From a virus: 64,000 nucleotides of DNA. The notes under the pieces are model-generated. The model worked only from the letters and a program-made list of their open reading frames with translations, was not told where the DNA came from and did no database searches. The stretch covers positions 95,265-159,264 of the IMG/VR virus record IMGVR_UViG_3300044712_000815, one strand, 5' to 3'. Within the stretch, counting starts at the first letter, position 1. Each line of letters starts with the position of its first letter. This document shows positions 27,350 to 36,663 of the stretch, one piece after another. A program made the position numbers and the translations under genes.

Positions 27350-27886
27350 TTAAATTTCTTGTGCAGGCACTTGTGCTGCTGCTGTTTGTGCTTGTTGTTG
27401 TCCTTGTACTTGAACTGCTGGTTTTTGTGCATCTGTATTTTGTACAGGTGCAGTTTGTGCTGCTGCAGTATCAACATCGTCTGTTCCTGCTGGTTGTGCT
27501 TGAACTTGTGATTGTGCTTGTGTTTGTGCTTGTGTTTGTGCTGGAACTTTGTCACTACCTGTTACAATTTCAACAGGAAGATTTTCAATATTCAAATAAT
27601 TTTCATTTGCCCATTGTACCAATCTTTCTGCCAATCTTTTTTCACCCATATCAGCACGTAAATCTTTACCTGTTTGATCTTTTACTTTTTTAATGTAAGT
27701 ACTAACTAAAGATTTTGGAAGATCAACATCAACTGACACACGATAGAAATCATCAATAGCATCAACCATTTCATTTACTTGTGTTGTTTCACCATTAATT
27801 GCAACATCTTCATTTGTTATTGATTCTTGTATAGAAGATTTCTTTTTACCTTTGAAATCGTCAAAACTAAAAATATTATTTACCAT
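27350..27886 (-). CDS. Putative head/core protein with a Gln/Ala-rich tail
   Basis: NNIFSFDDF start; several I/V-x-E sites; AQTQ low-complexity tail. Confidence 0.55.
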   Translation of the reverse strand: MVNNIFSFDDFKGKKKSSIQESITNEDVAINGETTQVNEMVDAIDDFYRVSVDVDLPKSLVSTYIKKVKDQTGKDLRADMGEKRLAERLVQWANENYLNIENLPVEIVTGSDKVPAQTQAQTQAQSQVQAQPAGTDDVDTAAAQTAPVQNTDAQKPAVQVQGQQQAQTAAAQVPAQEI

Positions 27887-27997
27887 TTTATCTAAATTAT
27901 TTTTTATGTATATATTAATTTTTTATTGTTATTTTTTCATTTTAGAAAAACAACTTAAAATTAGTTTGATCTATATATAAAATTAATTTTTCATTTT

Positions 27998-28029
27998 TTT
28001 GAATTATTTAAAATAAATTATTATCTTTG
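27998..28029 (+). promoter_or_regulatory. Bacteroidota housekeeping-type promoter of nadE
   Basis: TTTG-N20-TATCTTTG. Confidence 0.75.
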
Positions 28030-28043
28030 TCAAAAAATTAGAT

Positions 28044-29957
28044 ATGAAAATTTCCGTAGCACAGTTAGATATTATTGCAGGACATCCTGATGTTAATGTA
28101 TCTAAAATCTTATTAGAAATTGAAAAAGCAAGAAATAATAATGTTGACATTATTGTTTTTTCCGAAATGACCGTTCCTGGATATTTGATTGGTGATGAGT
28201 GGGAAAATGCATCTTTTATAAAAGATTGCTTTTCATACAACGAAACAATTAAAAATGCAACAGAAGGAATCATTGCAATTTGGGGAAATGTTGATATTGA
28301 TTTTGATCTAAAAAATGAAGATGGTCGTATTCGTAAATATAATGCTGCTTTCATTGCCCAAAATTGTGAATATGTTAAAAAAATAATACCACATTCAACA
28401 AAAGGTGTTGAAAATTTATCAAATGGTAGAACATATAAAACATTAATGCCAAAATATAGGGAATTCGATGATGAACGACATTTTTATTCTCTACGTAAAT
28501 TAGTACAAGATAAGGGTTCTGATATTGATAATAATATATTACCATTTTTAGTCAATATAAATGGTGAATATAAAAGAATTGGTATTATATTATGTGAAGA
28601 TATGTGGTCAGATGATTACACGATTAATCCAATTGACATATTACTCAAATATAATTCGGATGTTATAGTAAATTTATCTTGTTCACCTTGGACATGGAGG
28701 AAAAATAATAAACGACATTCGGTTGTTCGTGGAAGAATTAAAAACAAACCAACATATTTTGTTTATTGTAACAATACAGGAACACAAAATAACGGAAAGA
28801 ATATATTCTTATTTGATGGTGGTTCTACTATTTATAATCCGGATGGATCATTATTGTGTGTAGCTAAAGATTACACAGAAGAAACAATAACAGCTACATT
28901 ATTTGCTGATAAAATATCATTATCAAATCCTGAAATTACAACAGATCAAGATAAAAAAGAATTATTTAACGGTTTAGTATATGGCATTAAAAAATTCTTT
29001 GATACTTTACCTAGCAAAAAAGCTGTAATTGGATTGAGTGGTGGTGTGGATTCTGCATTAGATATATGTTTACTTGTTGAAGCTCTTGGTGCTGAAAATG
29101 TTTATGCTATCAATATGCCTAGTAAATTTAATTCTAATACAACCAAAGATGCCGCACTATTACTAGCAAAAAATCTTGGTGTTCATTATAGTGTAATTTC
29201 AATTCAAAAAACTGTCGAAAACACTATTTCTGAAATAAATAATAGTCATTTTGTTCGATTAAATGATACTGGTGCAATAACACCACTCAATTTATCAGGA
29301 TTGAATATCGAAAATATTCAAGCACGTGATCGTGGTTCACGAGTTTTAGCTGGTGTGGCATCAGCATTGGGTGCAGTTTTTATTAATAACGGAAATAAAA
29401 CTGAAACAGCATTTGGATATGCAACATTATATGGTGATATTAATGGTGCAATAGCACCATTAGCGGATTTATATAAACACGAAGTTTATGAATTAGCTAA
29501 GTATTACAATATATTAAAAAGAAAAGAAATTATACCTTCTATCATATTGAATATTGTGGCATCAGCAGAATTAAGTGATGATCAGAATGTGGATGAAGGT
29601 AAAGGGGATCCTATCATTTATCCATATCACGATAAATTAGTACGTGCATTTGTTGAATTTAGACTTGATCCTGAAGATATTCTTCGTTTATATAGTGAAA
29701 GAAAATTGGCTGAAACCTTTTTATGTGATCAAAAATTAATTGACAATTTTAGTGTTGAAAATTTTATTATTGATCTAGAACAAAAATGGAAAGCTTACAA
29801 ATTAGCAATATTCAAAAGAATACAAGCACCACCGATTATTGCAGTTTCAAGAAGGGCATTTGGATTTGATTTGCGTGAATCACAAAATAGTGTTCATTTT
29901 ACTCAAGAATATTATAAATTAAAAAAATTGTTACTTGAAAAATATAAATTAAACTAA
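28044..29957 (+). CDS. nadE: Glutamine-dependent NAD+ synthetase
   Basis: Nitrilase domain (FSEM, K, CEDMW) + GLSGGVDSA, ENIQAR.RG, NKTE...GYATLYGD, SAEL, FKRIQAPP. Confidence 0.95.
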   Translation: MKISVAQLDIIAGHPDVNVSKILLEIEKARNNNVDIIVFSEMTVPGYLIGDEWENASFIKDCFSYNETIKNATEGIIAIWGNVDIDFDLKNEDGRIRKYNAAFIAQNCEYVKKIIPHSTKGVENLSNGRTYKTLMPKYREFDDERHFYSLRKLVQDKGSDIDNNILPFLVNINGEYKRIGIILCEDMWSDDYTINPIDILLKYNSDVIVNLSCSPWTWRKNNKRHSVVRGRIKNKPTYFVYCNNTGTQNNGKNIFLFDGGSTIYNPDGSLLCVAKDYTEETITATLFADKISLSNPEITTDQDKKELFNGLVYGIKKFFDTLPSKKAVIGLSGGVDSALDICLLVEALGAENVYAINMPSKFNSNTTKDAALLLAKNLGVHYSVISIQKTVENTISEINNSHFVRLNDTGAITPLNLSGLNIENIQARDRGSRVLAGVASALGAVFINNGNKTETAFGYATLYGDINGAIAPLADLYKHEVYELAKYYNILKRKEIIPSIILNIVASAELSDDQNVDEGKGDPIIYPYHDKLVRAFVEFRLDPEDILRLYSERKLAETFLCDQKLIDNFSVENFIIDLEQKWKAYKLAIFKRIQAPPIIAVSRRAFGFDLRESQNSVHFTQEYYKLKKLLLEKYKLN

Positions 29958-29968
29958 TTTTTTACATT

Positions 29969-30145
29969 ATGACTAAAATAATAATATCAATTGTACTATT
30001 GATTGCTGGTATAGGTTTAGGTTTTGTATCATTCAATCATGTTAATCCTTGGTTAGGACTTTTAATAACAATATCCAGTATTGGATTATTTTTAATCTAC
30101 ATTTATAAACAAATAATAAAAACAAAAACAAATGAAAAAAAGTAA
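29969..30145 (+). CDS. Small two-TM membrane protein, not in ORF track
   Basis: MTKIIISIVLLIAGIGLGFVSFNHVNPWLGLLITISSIGLFLIYIY...; overlaps the SPFH start. Confidence 0.6.
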   Translation: MTKIIISIVLLIAGIGLGFVSFNHVNPWLGLLITISSIGLFLIYIYKQIIKTKTNEKK

Positions 30146-30962
30146 ATTTATTTTTATGCTATCTATGGTTGCCTTAATGACAATCATTACAAGTTGTGAA
30201 CGTGTTGCACCAAATTATCAAGGTGTATTGATGGAAAATTATGGTAAAAACGGAAAAGCTGATTTTTCTCTTCAAAAAGGTCGTGTTTGGACTGCTGCAC
30301 CAGGAACTGAACTATTTCAAGTACCTTTATGGGAACAACGTGGCGATTACGGTGATAGAATTCTCCATCTTAAATCTGCTGATAATACCGAATTTTCTAG
30401 CCGTCCAATGTATTCATTTAAAGCTATCGAAAATCGTTGTGTTGATTTAGTATTTCAAAATAAACAATTGGGTGCTAATTCTGATTTTATGACAACTTTG
30501 ATGGATAATATCTTAGAAACTAAAATTTATGATGTAATGAAGGAAGTTTCCCGTAGTTATACAACACAAGCACTCATGGAAACCACCACATTACCTGATG
30601 GCACAACTACTAGTGGATCACTTAAATATGAAAAAGCTGTACAAGAAATTATATTGAAAGAATTTGAAAGCAAAGGATTAGAACTTATGACATTTAGTTG
30701 TCAACTTGAATTTACCGCAGCAGTTACAGCTAAAATAGATAATCGTAACGAAGTAAATACAAATATTTCAGTTATTGAACAAAAAATTGTTGAACAAACA
30801 AAACAACTTGAATTATCTAGAATTCTAGCAGAAATTGAAATGGTTCCACTTATTGTTGCAAAAAAGAATAATGTTCTTGATGAATATATCAAATTAAGAG
30901 CATATCAAATTTGGGATGGTAAACAACCACTTTATGGCAATACACCATTCTTGATAAAATAA
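30132..30962 (+). CDS. SPFH/Band 7 family lipoprotein
   Basis: Lipobox ITSC, ERVAPNYQGV, coiled coil, WDGKQP. Confidence 0.75.
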   Translation: MKKSKFIFMLSMVALMTIITSCERVAPNYQGVLMENYGKNGKADFSLQKGRVWTAAPGTELFQVPLWEQRGDYGDRILHLKSADNTEFSSRPMYSFKAIENRCVDLVFQNKQLGANSDFMTTLMDNILETKIYDVMKEVSRSYTTQALMETTTLPDGTTTSGSLKYEKAVQEIILKEFESKGLELMTFSCQLEFTAAVTAKIDNRNEVNTNISVIEQKIVEQTKQLELSRILAEIEMVPLIVAKKNNVLDEYIKLRAYQIWDGKQPLYGNTPFLIK

Positions 30963-30980
30963 TCAAAATCAAAAATATTG

Positions 30981-31015
30981 AAAAGACCCGAATATCTGAT
31001 ATTCGGGTCTTTTTT
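30981..31015 (+). terminator. Intrinsic terminator
   Basis: AAAAGACCCGAATATC-T-GATATTCGGGTCTTTT + T-tract. Confidence 0.8.
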
Positions 31016-31061
31016 ATTAAACTTATTTATAAAATAATTATAAATAAACATAAAAATTAAT

Positions 31062-31901
31062 ATGCATTTTTTAAATATTAAAATAAATATAATCGTTTCT
31101 GTATCAGAAAATTGGGTTATTGGTAAGAATAATAAATTATTGTGGAATTTGAAAAGTGATCTTAAACGATTTAAAGAACTTACGACAGGTCATCCAATAA
31201 TAATGGGTCAAAGAACATTTGAATCACTACCTAATGGTGCATTACCAAATAGAACAAATATCGTATTAACTGATGATCTTAATTTTACCGCACCAAATGT
31301 TGTAATTGTACACGATATTGATGATGCTTTACATTTAGCAGAAGGATTTTGTGGTGATAGTGATGATGTCTTTATAATTGGTGGTGGTATGATTTATAAA
31401 CAATTTTTAGAAATTGCAGATTTTGTTTATTTAACTACTGTACACGTAACATTAGATGGTGATACAACATTCCCAGAACTTGATAATACATGGAAATTAC
31501 TTTCAGAAGAATTTAAATCAAAAGATGATAAAAATGATTATGACCATACATATAAAATATATAAACACATAAAATATCTTTATGATGATGATGAAATATA
31601 CCAAAAAATGTTAAATGAAGAATTAACCATAAACGAAAAAGAAGAACGAAAAAATTGTCCACTATGTATGGGTAAAGGGGAATATTATACTGGTGGTAGT
31701 TTTGGTGGATCAACAATATTACACAAATGTCCATGTGAACAAAATAACAAACTTGTGGATTGGAATAATTTTTCATTAGATGAACTAGCTGATTATTTAG
31801 AAAAAAAATGGATGTTTAATAGTAGTGGTGAAGCATTAGCTATATTTAAATTGGTAGATTTTTATAGAAAACATAAAAATATAAAAAATAATAATAATTA
31901 A
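31062..31901 (+). CDS. folA: Dihydrofolate reductase with ~110-aa C-terminal extension (Cys cluster)
   Basis: IGKNNKLLW...DLKRFKELTTGHPIIMGQRTFES, LPNRTNIV, IIGGG, GDTTFP. Confidence 0.9.
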   Translation: MHFLNIKINIIVSVSENWVIGKNNKLLWNLKSDLKRFKELTTGHPIIMGQRTFESLPNGALPNRTNIVLTDDLNFTAPNVVIVHDIDDALHLAEGFCGDSDDVFIIGGGMIYKQFLEIADFVYLTTVHVTLDGDTTFPELDNTWKLLSEEFKSKDDKNDYDHTYKIYKHIKYLYDDDEIYQKMLNEELTINEKEERKNCPLCMGKGEYYTGGSFGGSTILHKCPCEQNNKLVDWNNFSLDELADYLEKKWMFNSSGEALAIFKLVDFYRKHKNIKNNNN

Positions 31902-33236
31902 ATGACTAAAAACAAAGAAAAAGGTAAAATTTTTGTAATTGACACGTCTGTAATCCTTTATGATCATAATGCGATTTATAATTTTGAAGAACACGATGTT
32001 GCAATACCAATTACAGTATTAGAAGAATTGGATGATTTTAAAAAAGGGAATGATACTATTAATTATGAAGCAAGAGAATTTATTAGAAACGTTGATAAAC
32101 TTGCGGAAAATAATACATTAACTAATTGGATCGAAATAAACGGAAATAAAGGTAAATTAAAAGTTATAATGACATCCGAAAATCCTACAATTGATGCAAC
32201 TAAGATTTTTCAAGACAGAAAAGCAGATCACAGAATTTTAAATTCTGCCATATCATTACAAAATGAATACCAAAATAAAAGTATTATTTTAGTATCAAAA
32301 GATGTTAATTTAAGATTAAAAGCAAAATCTTTAAATTTAATTGCTGAAGATTATTTAACTGGGAAAGTTGAAGATACCGAAAATCTATTTACAGGGAAAT
32401 TAATTATAGATGATGTCGATGAAAATGCAATATCAGAATTATATCAAAGTGGATTTTGTTCACCTGATAGTATTGGTCTTACAAAATTAGAAAGTAATTT
32501 ATATTTAATATTAAAAAATGATAAATCATCAGCGTTAGCATATTATAATAAATTAACCAATAAAATAGAACGGGTCGATAAAAAAACTTGTTATAAAATT
32601 GCACCTAGAAATTCCGAACAAGCTTTTGCATTTCATGCACTATTAAACGATGATGTAAAATTAATAACGCTTCAAGGTAAAGCCGGAACAGGAAAAACAT
32701 TATTAGCACTTGCAGCAGCATTACAACAAAAGAAAACATATAGACAAATTTATTTGGCAAGACCAATTGTACCATTGAGTAACAAAGACTTAGGGGCGTT
32801 ACCTGGAAACGTTCAGGATAAGATAGAACCGTATATCCTGCCATTGTTCGATAACCTGAAATTTATTCAAAGTCAATTCAAAGAATCCGATAAAGAATAT
32901 AAATTTATTACTGATTGTATTAAAGAAGAAAAAATAATCATTACACCACTTGCATATATTCGTGGTCGTAGTATTTCTAATACACTATTTATCATCGACG
33001 AAGCCCAGAATTTAACACCACACGAAGTAAAAACCATTGTAACCCGTGCGGGTGAAGGTTCAAAAATTATATTTACTGGTGATATTCATCAAATTGATAC
33101 CCCATACTTAGACACACAAAGTAATGGGTTATCACACATAATAGATAGAATGAATAAACAATCTATTTATTCACATATGACCTTAGTTAAAGGTGAACGG
33201 TCAGAATTGGCTGATATTGCAAATGAATTACTTTAA
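31902..33236 (+). CDS. phoH: PIN-PhoH (PhoH2-type) protein
   Basis: PIN: VIDTSV, EELD, ADHRIL, SKDVNLR; ATPase: GKAGTGKT, YIRGRS, IIDEAQN, GDIHQID. Confidence 0.92.
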   Translation: MTKNKEKGKIFVIDTSVILYDHNAIYNFEEHDVAIPITVLEELDDFKKGNDTINYEAREFIRNVDKLAENNTLTNWIEINGNKGKLKVIMTSENPTIDATKIFQDRKADHRILNSAISLQNEYQNKSIILVSKDVNLRLKAKSLNLIAEDYLTGKVEDTENLFTGKLIIDDVDENAISELYQSGFCSPDSIGLTKLESNLYLILKNDKSSALAYYNKLTNKIERVDKKTCYKIAPRNSEQAFAFHALLNDDVKLITLQGKAGTGKTLLALAAALQQKKTYRQIYLARPIVPLSNKDLGALPGNVQDKIEPYILPLFDNLKFIQSQFKESDKEYKFITDCIKEEKIIITPLAYIRGRSISNTLFIIDEAQNLTPHEVKTIVTRAGEGSKIIFTGDIHQIDTPYLDTQSNGLSHIIDRMNKQSIYSHMTLVKGERSELADIANELL

Positions 33237-33515
33237 TTTATCTAATAAATAATTTAATTTATTACGTATAATGAATTTATAACAGCTATGTGATTTTTCT
33301 CTAAATTCTTTTAATGAACCATATTTTTTTATTTCATTTTCAATATCAGAAATAAAAAAATGTGGTTTTTTTCTTTTTAAATTTTTCATCAAATATTTAT
33401 GCTTAATTATAAACCTATAATATTTTTGATTAGATTTTTTAAAGTCAATTAAATATTCAAATTTTTTAATTTCATTTTTAAAAATAAAAAATGGGGAAAT
33501 ATTAGTTATTCCCCC
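33228..33515 (-). pseudogene. Relic of an endonuclease-associated repeat protein
   Basis: Frame with an upstream stop encoding ENEIKKYGSLKEFREKSHSCYKFIIRNKLNYLL, similar to the repeats of 8010-9158. Confidence 0.4.
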
Positions 33516-33600
33516 ATTGAATGATTTTTAAGTTTTTTAGTAGTTTTATTTTTTAACTTCATCCTTTTTAAAGTATGATACTAAAATTGTTTCGATCATA

Positions 33601-33981
33601 TTATATTAAATTTAAAAGTTTAGCGTGTGATACTTTAACATCAAATATTTCCCTATCTGACACAGTAAATTCCTTTAACATATAATGATTTGAACCAGTA
33701 ACATCACAATATTCGTTCCATCCACATTTATTTCTAATTATACCTAATGTAACTGGAATTGTTTCTTCTATTTCAGGTTTATTGTATTTATTTTCAAACC
33801 AATCATCCAAATCACCTATCCACGAATCATCTAATGAATCATCAAACCAACTACAAAAATCAAATATTGCACCTTTAACATCAATATCAGATTGTGCTAA
33901 TTTAATTGCGGCTTCAATTGAATCTAATGTCCGATCATCATCAACAATTTTTAAATAATCTTTAGCTTCTTTCATCATCAA
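33601..33981 (-). CDS. Hypothetical protein
   Basis: ORF in the host-promoter operon. Confidence 0.6.
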   Translation of the reverse strand: MMMKEAKDYLKIVDDDRTLDSIEAAIKLAQSDIDVKGAIFDFCSWFDDSLDDSWIGDLDDWFENKYNKPEIEETIPVTLGIIRNKCGWNEYCDVTGSNHYMLKEFTVSDREIFDVKVSHAKLLNLI

Positions 33982-34135
33982 TTTTTATATTATTAACATT
34001 TTCTTGCATTATATCCCGAAAGTTTTCAATTTCTTCTTTTGGCATAATTAAAGCATAAGCTCCCGAACCTTCGTGTTCTTCTTCTAGAATTCGAAATATT
34101 ACCTTTCGCCAATTTTCTATTTGTATATCGGTCAT
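33962..34135 (-). CDS. Small hypothetical protein, not in ORF track
   Basis: MTDIQIENWRKVIFRILEEEHEGSGAYALIMPKEEIENFRD...; fills the gap between neighbours with overlaps. Confidence 0.55.
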   Translation of the reverse strand: MTDIQIENWRKVIFRILEEEHEGSGAYALIMPKEEIENFRDIMQENVNNIKIDDERS

Positions 34136-34320
34136 CTTTTTAATTGATAAAATTTAATAGTCCAACCATTATCATAAACCCTAAATGAAAATGATATATC
34201 ACTTTCATAAATTTCAGAAACTGTTATATTGTTCGATGAAATTTTTAAAATTTCAATTTCACGTTTATCATTAAGTTCTTGTAAATTTTGAACTGTTATT
34301 ATTTCTATTTCTGGTAACAT
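34132..34320 (-). CDS. Hypothetical protein
   Basis: Start MLPEI lies just downstream of the promoter. Confidence 0.5.
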   Translation of the reverse strand: MLPEIEIITVQNLQELNDKREIEILKISSNNITVSEIYESDISFSFRVYDNGWTIKFYQLKR

Positions 34321-34332
34321 ACATCTTTTTAA

Positions 34333-34364
34333 CAAAGATAGGTTTTTATTTTTATAAAAACAAA
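34333..34364 (-). promoter_or_regulatory. Bacteroidota housekeeping-type promoter
   Basis: TTTG-N20-TATCTTTG. Confidence 0.75.
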
Positions 34365-34389
34365 ACATTTTTTAAAATATATAACAATT

Positions 34390-34617
34390 ATGGATGAAAA
34401 CTGTTTATATAATAAAATAATTCAGGCATGTGATGCTATAGAAAATAATAATCGTAAAGGTGTTGGTGATTATATTGTATTGGGGTCAAGAACTGTAAAT
34501 ATTTTAAATAAACTATTTGATGAATATGAAAATAGAGAAAATATTAAAGCACTTAGAAAACTTAGAAAACAAAAGTTGGAAAAAATAAAAAAAGTTAGAA
34601 ATTCTAATCCATATTAA
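34390..34617 (+). CDS. Hypothetical protein
   Basis: After an AATATATA box; RKQKLEKI tail. Confidence 0.5.
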   Translation: MDENCLYNKIIQACDAIENNNRKGVGDYIVLGSRTVNILNKLFDEYENRENIKALRKLRKQKLEKIKKVRNSNPY

Positions 34618-35731
34618 ATTGTTTATTGTATGTAATTCTTTCTATATCGTTTTCATCAACCAATCCTTTTTCAACTTGTTTCCATAATAGTTTAAAGGTT
34701 TCTTTTGCTTCTTCAATTCTTCCAGTCCACCAACAAGATATATTATGCAAATCATAAATTTTCCAAATATAAACTGAATGATCAAGTAAAACAAAAGAAT
34801 TATTTGGTAACTTTCCCGCAAATTTCATAGCATATGAAGAATAAACATACGCTATATTATATTGCCCTATTGAATTATAATATTGGATTATTTGTGCGAT
34901 ATGTTCAAGTCTATTTGGATTTTCTTCATGACATTGTAAATATATATTCATAGCTTCATTATAATATCCTAAATGTGATTTTATTTGTGCTAATTTAAAT
35001 AATGATATATAAACTTCTTCATTATTAGAAATTGTGCCAAATTTTATTCGTTTTTCATAATATTCTATTGCTTTATCATATTTTTCAGCTTCAGCACAAG
35101 TTTGTGCAAAATAAAATAACCATCTTGAATATAATGGATCACTTTCATCAATGGTTAACATAAAATCACTTATCATATTATAATAATCTTGCCATTTATT
35201 AGGATTTGACCAAGAATTACCATTAGAATGTTGAATTATTTTAAGTCCATTTGCTATACCCAAATTAAAATCATCATTACATATTAAAACTTCGTGTAAT
35301 GCGCCAAACCATTTCCACGGTTTTTTTGATGAAAAAAATGATATTTTTTTAAATTCATATGTAGAATTAAAATATTGACAATCTAAAGCATCATAATTCA
35401 ATATTTGTTGTTTAAATATATCCACATTAAAATTTGAATCAATAATAAGTTCATCATCAGCATCTATCCAAAAATTATAATCAGCTTTATTTTTTGTTAC
35501 TTCAATAGCAACGTTTCTAGCATCACCATAATTTTTCCAAGTATGATCAACAATTTCACCAGGAATACCTTTTTCATCAAAAAATTTTTTAATAATTTCT
35601 TTTGTGTTATCAATTGATCCAGTATCCACTATCACATAATAATCTAATAATGTATACACAGAATTTAACATTGTGAGTATAACTTTAGATTCATTTCTAA
35701 CTATAATAGAAAGTGATATTGTTGCTTTCAA
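34604..35731 (-). CDS. GT2 glycosyltransferase with TPR repeats
   Basis: IIVRNE, VDTGSIDNT, ARN, WIDADD, GALHE; TPR-like helices. Confidence 0.85.
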   Translation of the reverse strand: MKATISLSIIVRNESKVILTMLNSVYTLLDYYVIVDTGSIDNTKEIIKKFFDEKGIPGEIVDHTWKNYGDARNVAIEVTKNKADYNFWIDADDELIIDSNFNVDIFKQQILNYDALDCQYFNSTYEFKKISFFSSKKPWKWFGALHEVLICNDDFNLGIANGLKIIQHSNGNSWSNPNKWQDYYNMISDFMLTIDESDPLYSRWLFYFAQTCAEAEKYDKAIEYYEKRIKFGTISNNEEVYISLFKLAQIKSHLGYYNEAMNIYLQCHEENPNRLEHIAQIIQYYNSIGQYNIAYVYSSYAMKFAGKLPNNSFVLLDHSVYIWKIYDLHNISCWWTGRIEEAKETFKLLWKQVEKGLVDENDIERITYNKQFNMD

Positions 35732-35733
35732 TT

Positions 35734-36660
35734 TTAATAATTTTTTTCTTGCAATAATATTTCATTATTTAAATCATATATCGTAAATATGTAGTTGTCT
35801 TTAATTCCAGTTTGTATATAAAAACTAATATTGTGTGGTAATTCCATTGTGTTAGAATATATAATTTGATTATGGGTATTTTTAATTTCAGCATAGACAG
35901 CAATATTATCATAATTTGATGAATTCATAAAATTAATTCCCATTTTATCTTCGACAAAACCCAAAAATGTTATTATTTGTTCGTAATCAAATAATTTTTT
36001 TAAAATTGATTTACCACTACCATTACCATGAAACACACACGGAAAAGTATTTGTTGCTTTATTCTTTTTTCTATCATTAACTTCTTCGAATTCATTGACA
36101 TCATATCCCCATAAACATTGAAAAATATTATTTAATTTATCCAATTTTGTTTTAACATTCAATGAATTTATTGTTACAAAAAGGGTATGATAATATTGAT
36201 CACAAATATTAGATCTTTGGTGTATTATACTTAAAACTTCTAATATTTCTTGATATTTTTTATTTTTGAATATTATTGTACCTGAATTTACAAAATAATT
36301 ATCTGAAAAATATTTACGAAAATTTTCGCTAGGCCAACAACATCTTTCACAAGAATATAATACATCAACACCAAAATCTAAAAATTTATTTTCTATTTCA
36401 GAATCATCAGCAACTACAATTGTGTCAAAGGCATCAATATACATTATTATTTCATTATCATCATATTGTCTTAATATTTCAAGTAATTTTATGATTTTTA
36501 ATCTAGTATATGCACCACCATCATCTTTATTAAAATCGTTATCATCTATATGGATATTATAATTATTTTTATTTCTATCCATCCTTTCTATATTTTTAGA
36601 TAATAAATAATAATTTGAATTGTTTTTATAATTTCTATCAGCTTGAATAATTGTTATCAT
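35734..36660 (-). CDS. PLOD/LH3-GT-like glycosyltransferase
   Basis: YIDAFDT, YSCERCCWP, FVNSG, DQ, LD...IFQCL, FHGNG. Confidence 0.7.
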   Translation of the reverse strand: MITIIQADRNYKNNSNYYLLSKNIERMDRNKNNYNIHIDDNDFNKDDGGAYTRLKIIKLLEILRQYDDNEIIMYIDAFDTIVVADDSEIENKFLDFGVDVLYSCERCCWPSENFRKYFSDNYFVNSGTIIFKNKKYQEILEVLSIIHQRSNICDQYYHTLFVTINSLNVKTKLDKLNNIFQCLWGYDVNEFEEVNDRKKNKATNTFPCVFHGNGSGKSILKKLFDYEQIITFLGFVEDKMGINFMNSSNYDNIAVYAEIKNTHNQIIYSNTMELPHNISFYIQTGIKDNYIFTIYDLNNEILLQEKNY

Positions 36661-36663
36661 ATT

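Noticed and set aside
27325-27693. His/Lys-rich and hydrophobic overlapping ORFs
   Set aside because: Alternative frames of the Gln/Ala tail of 27350-27886
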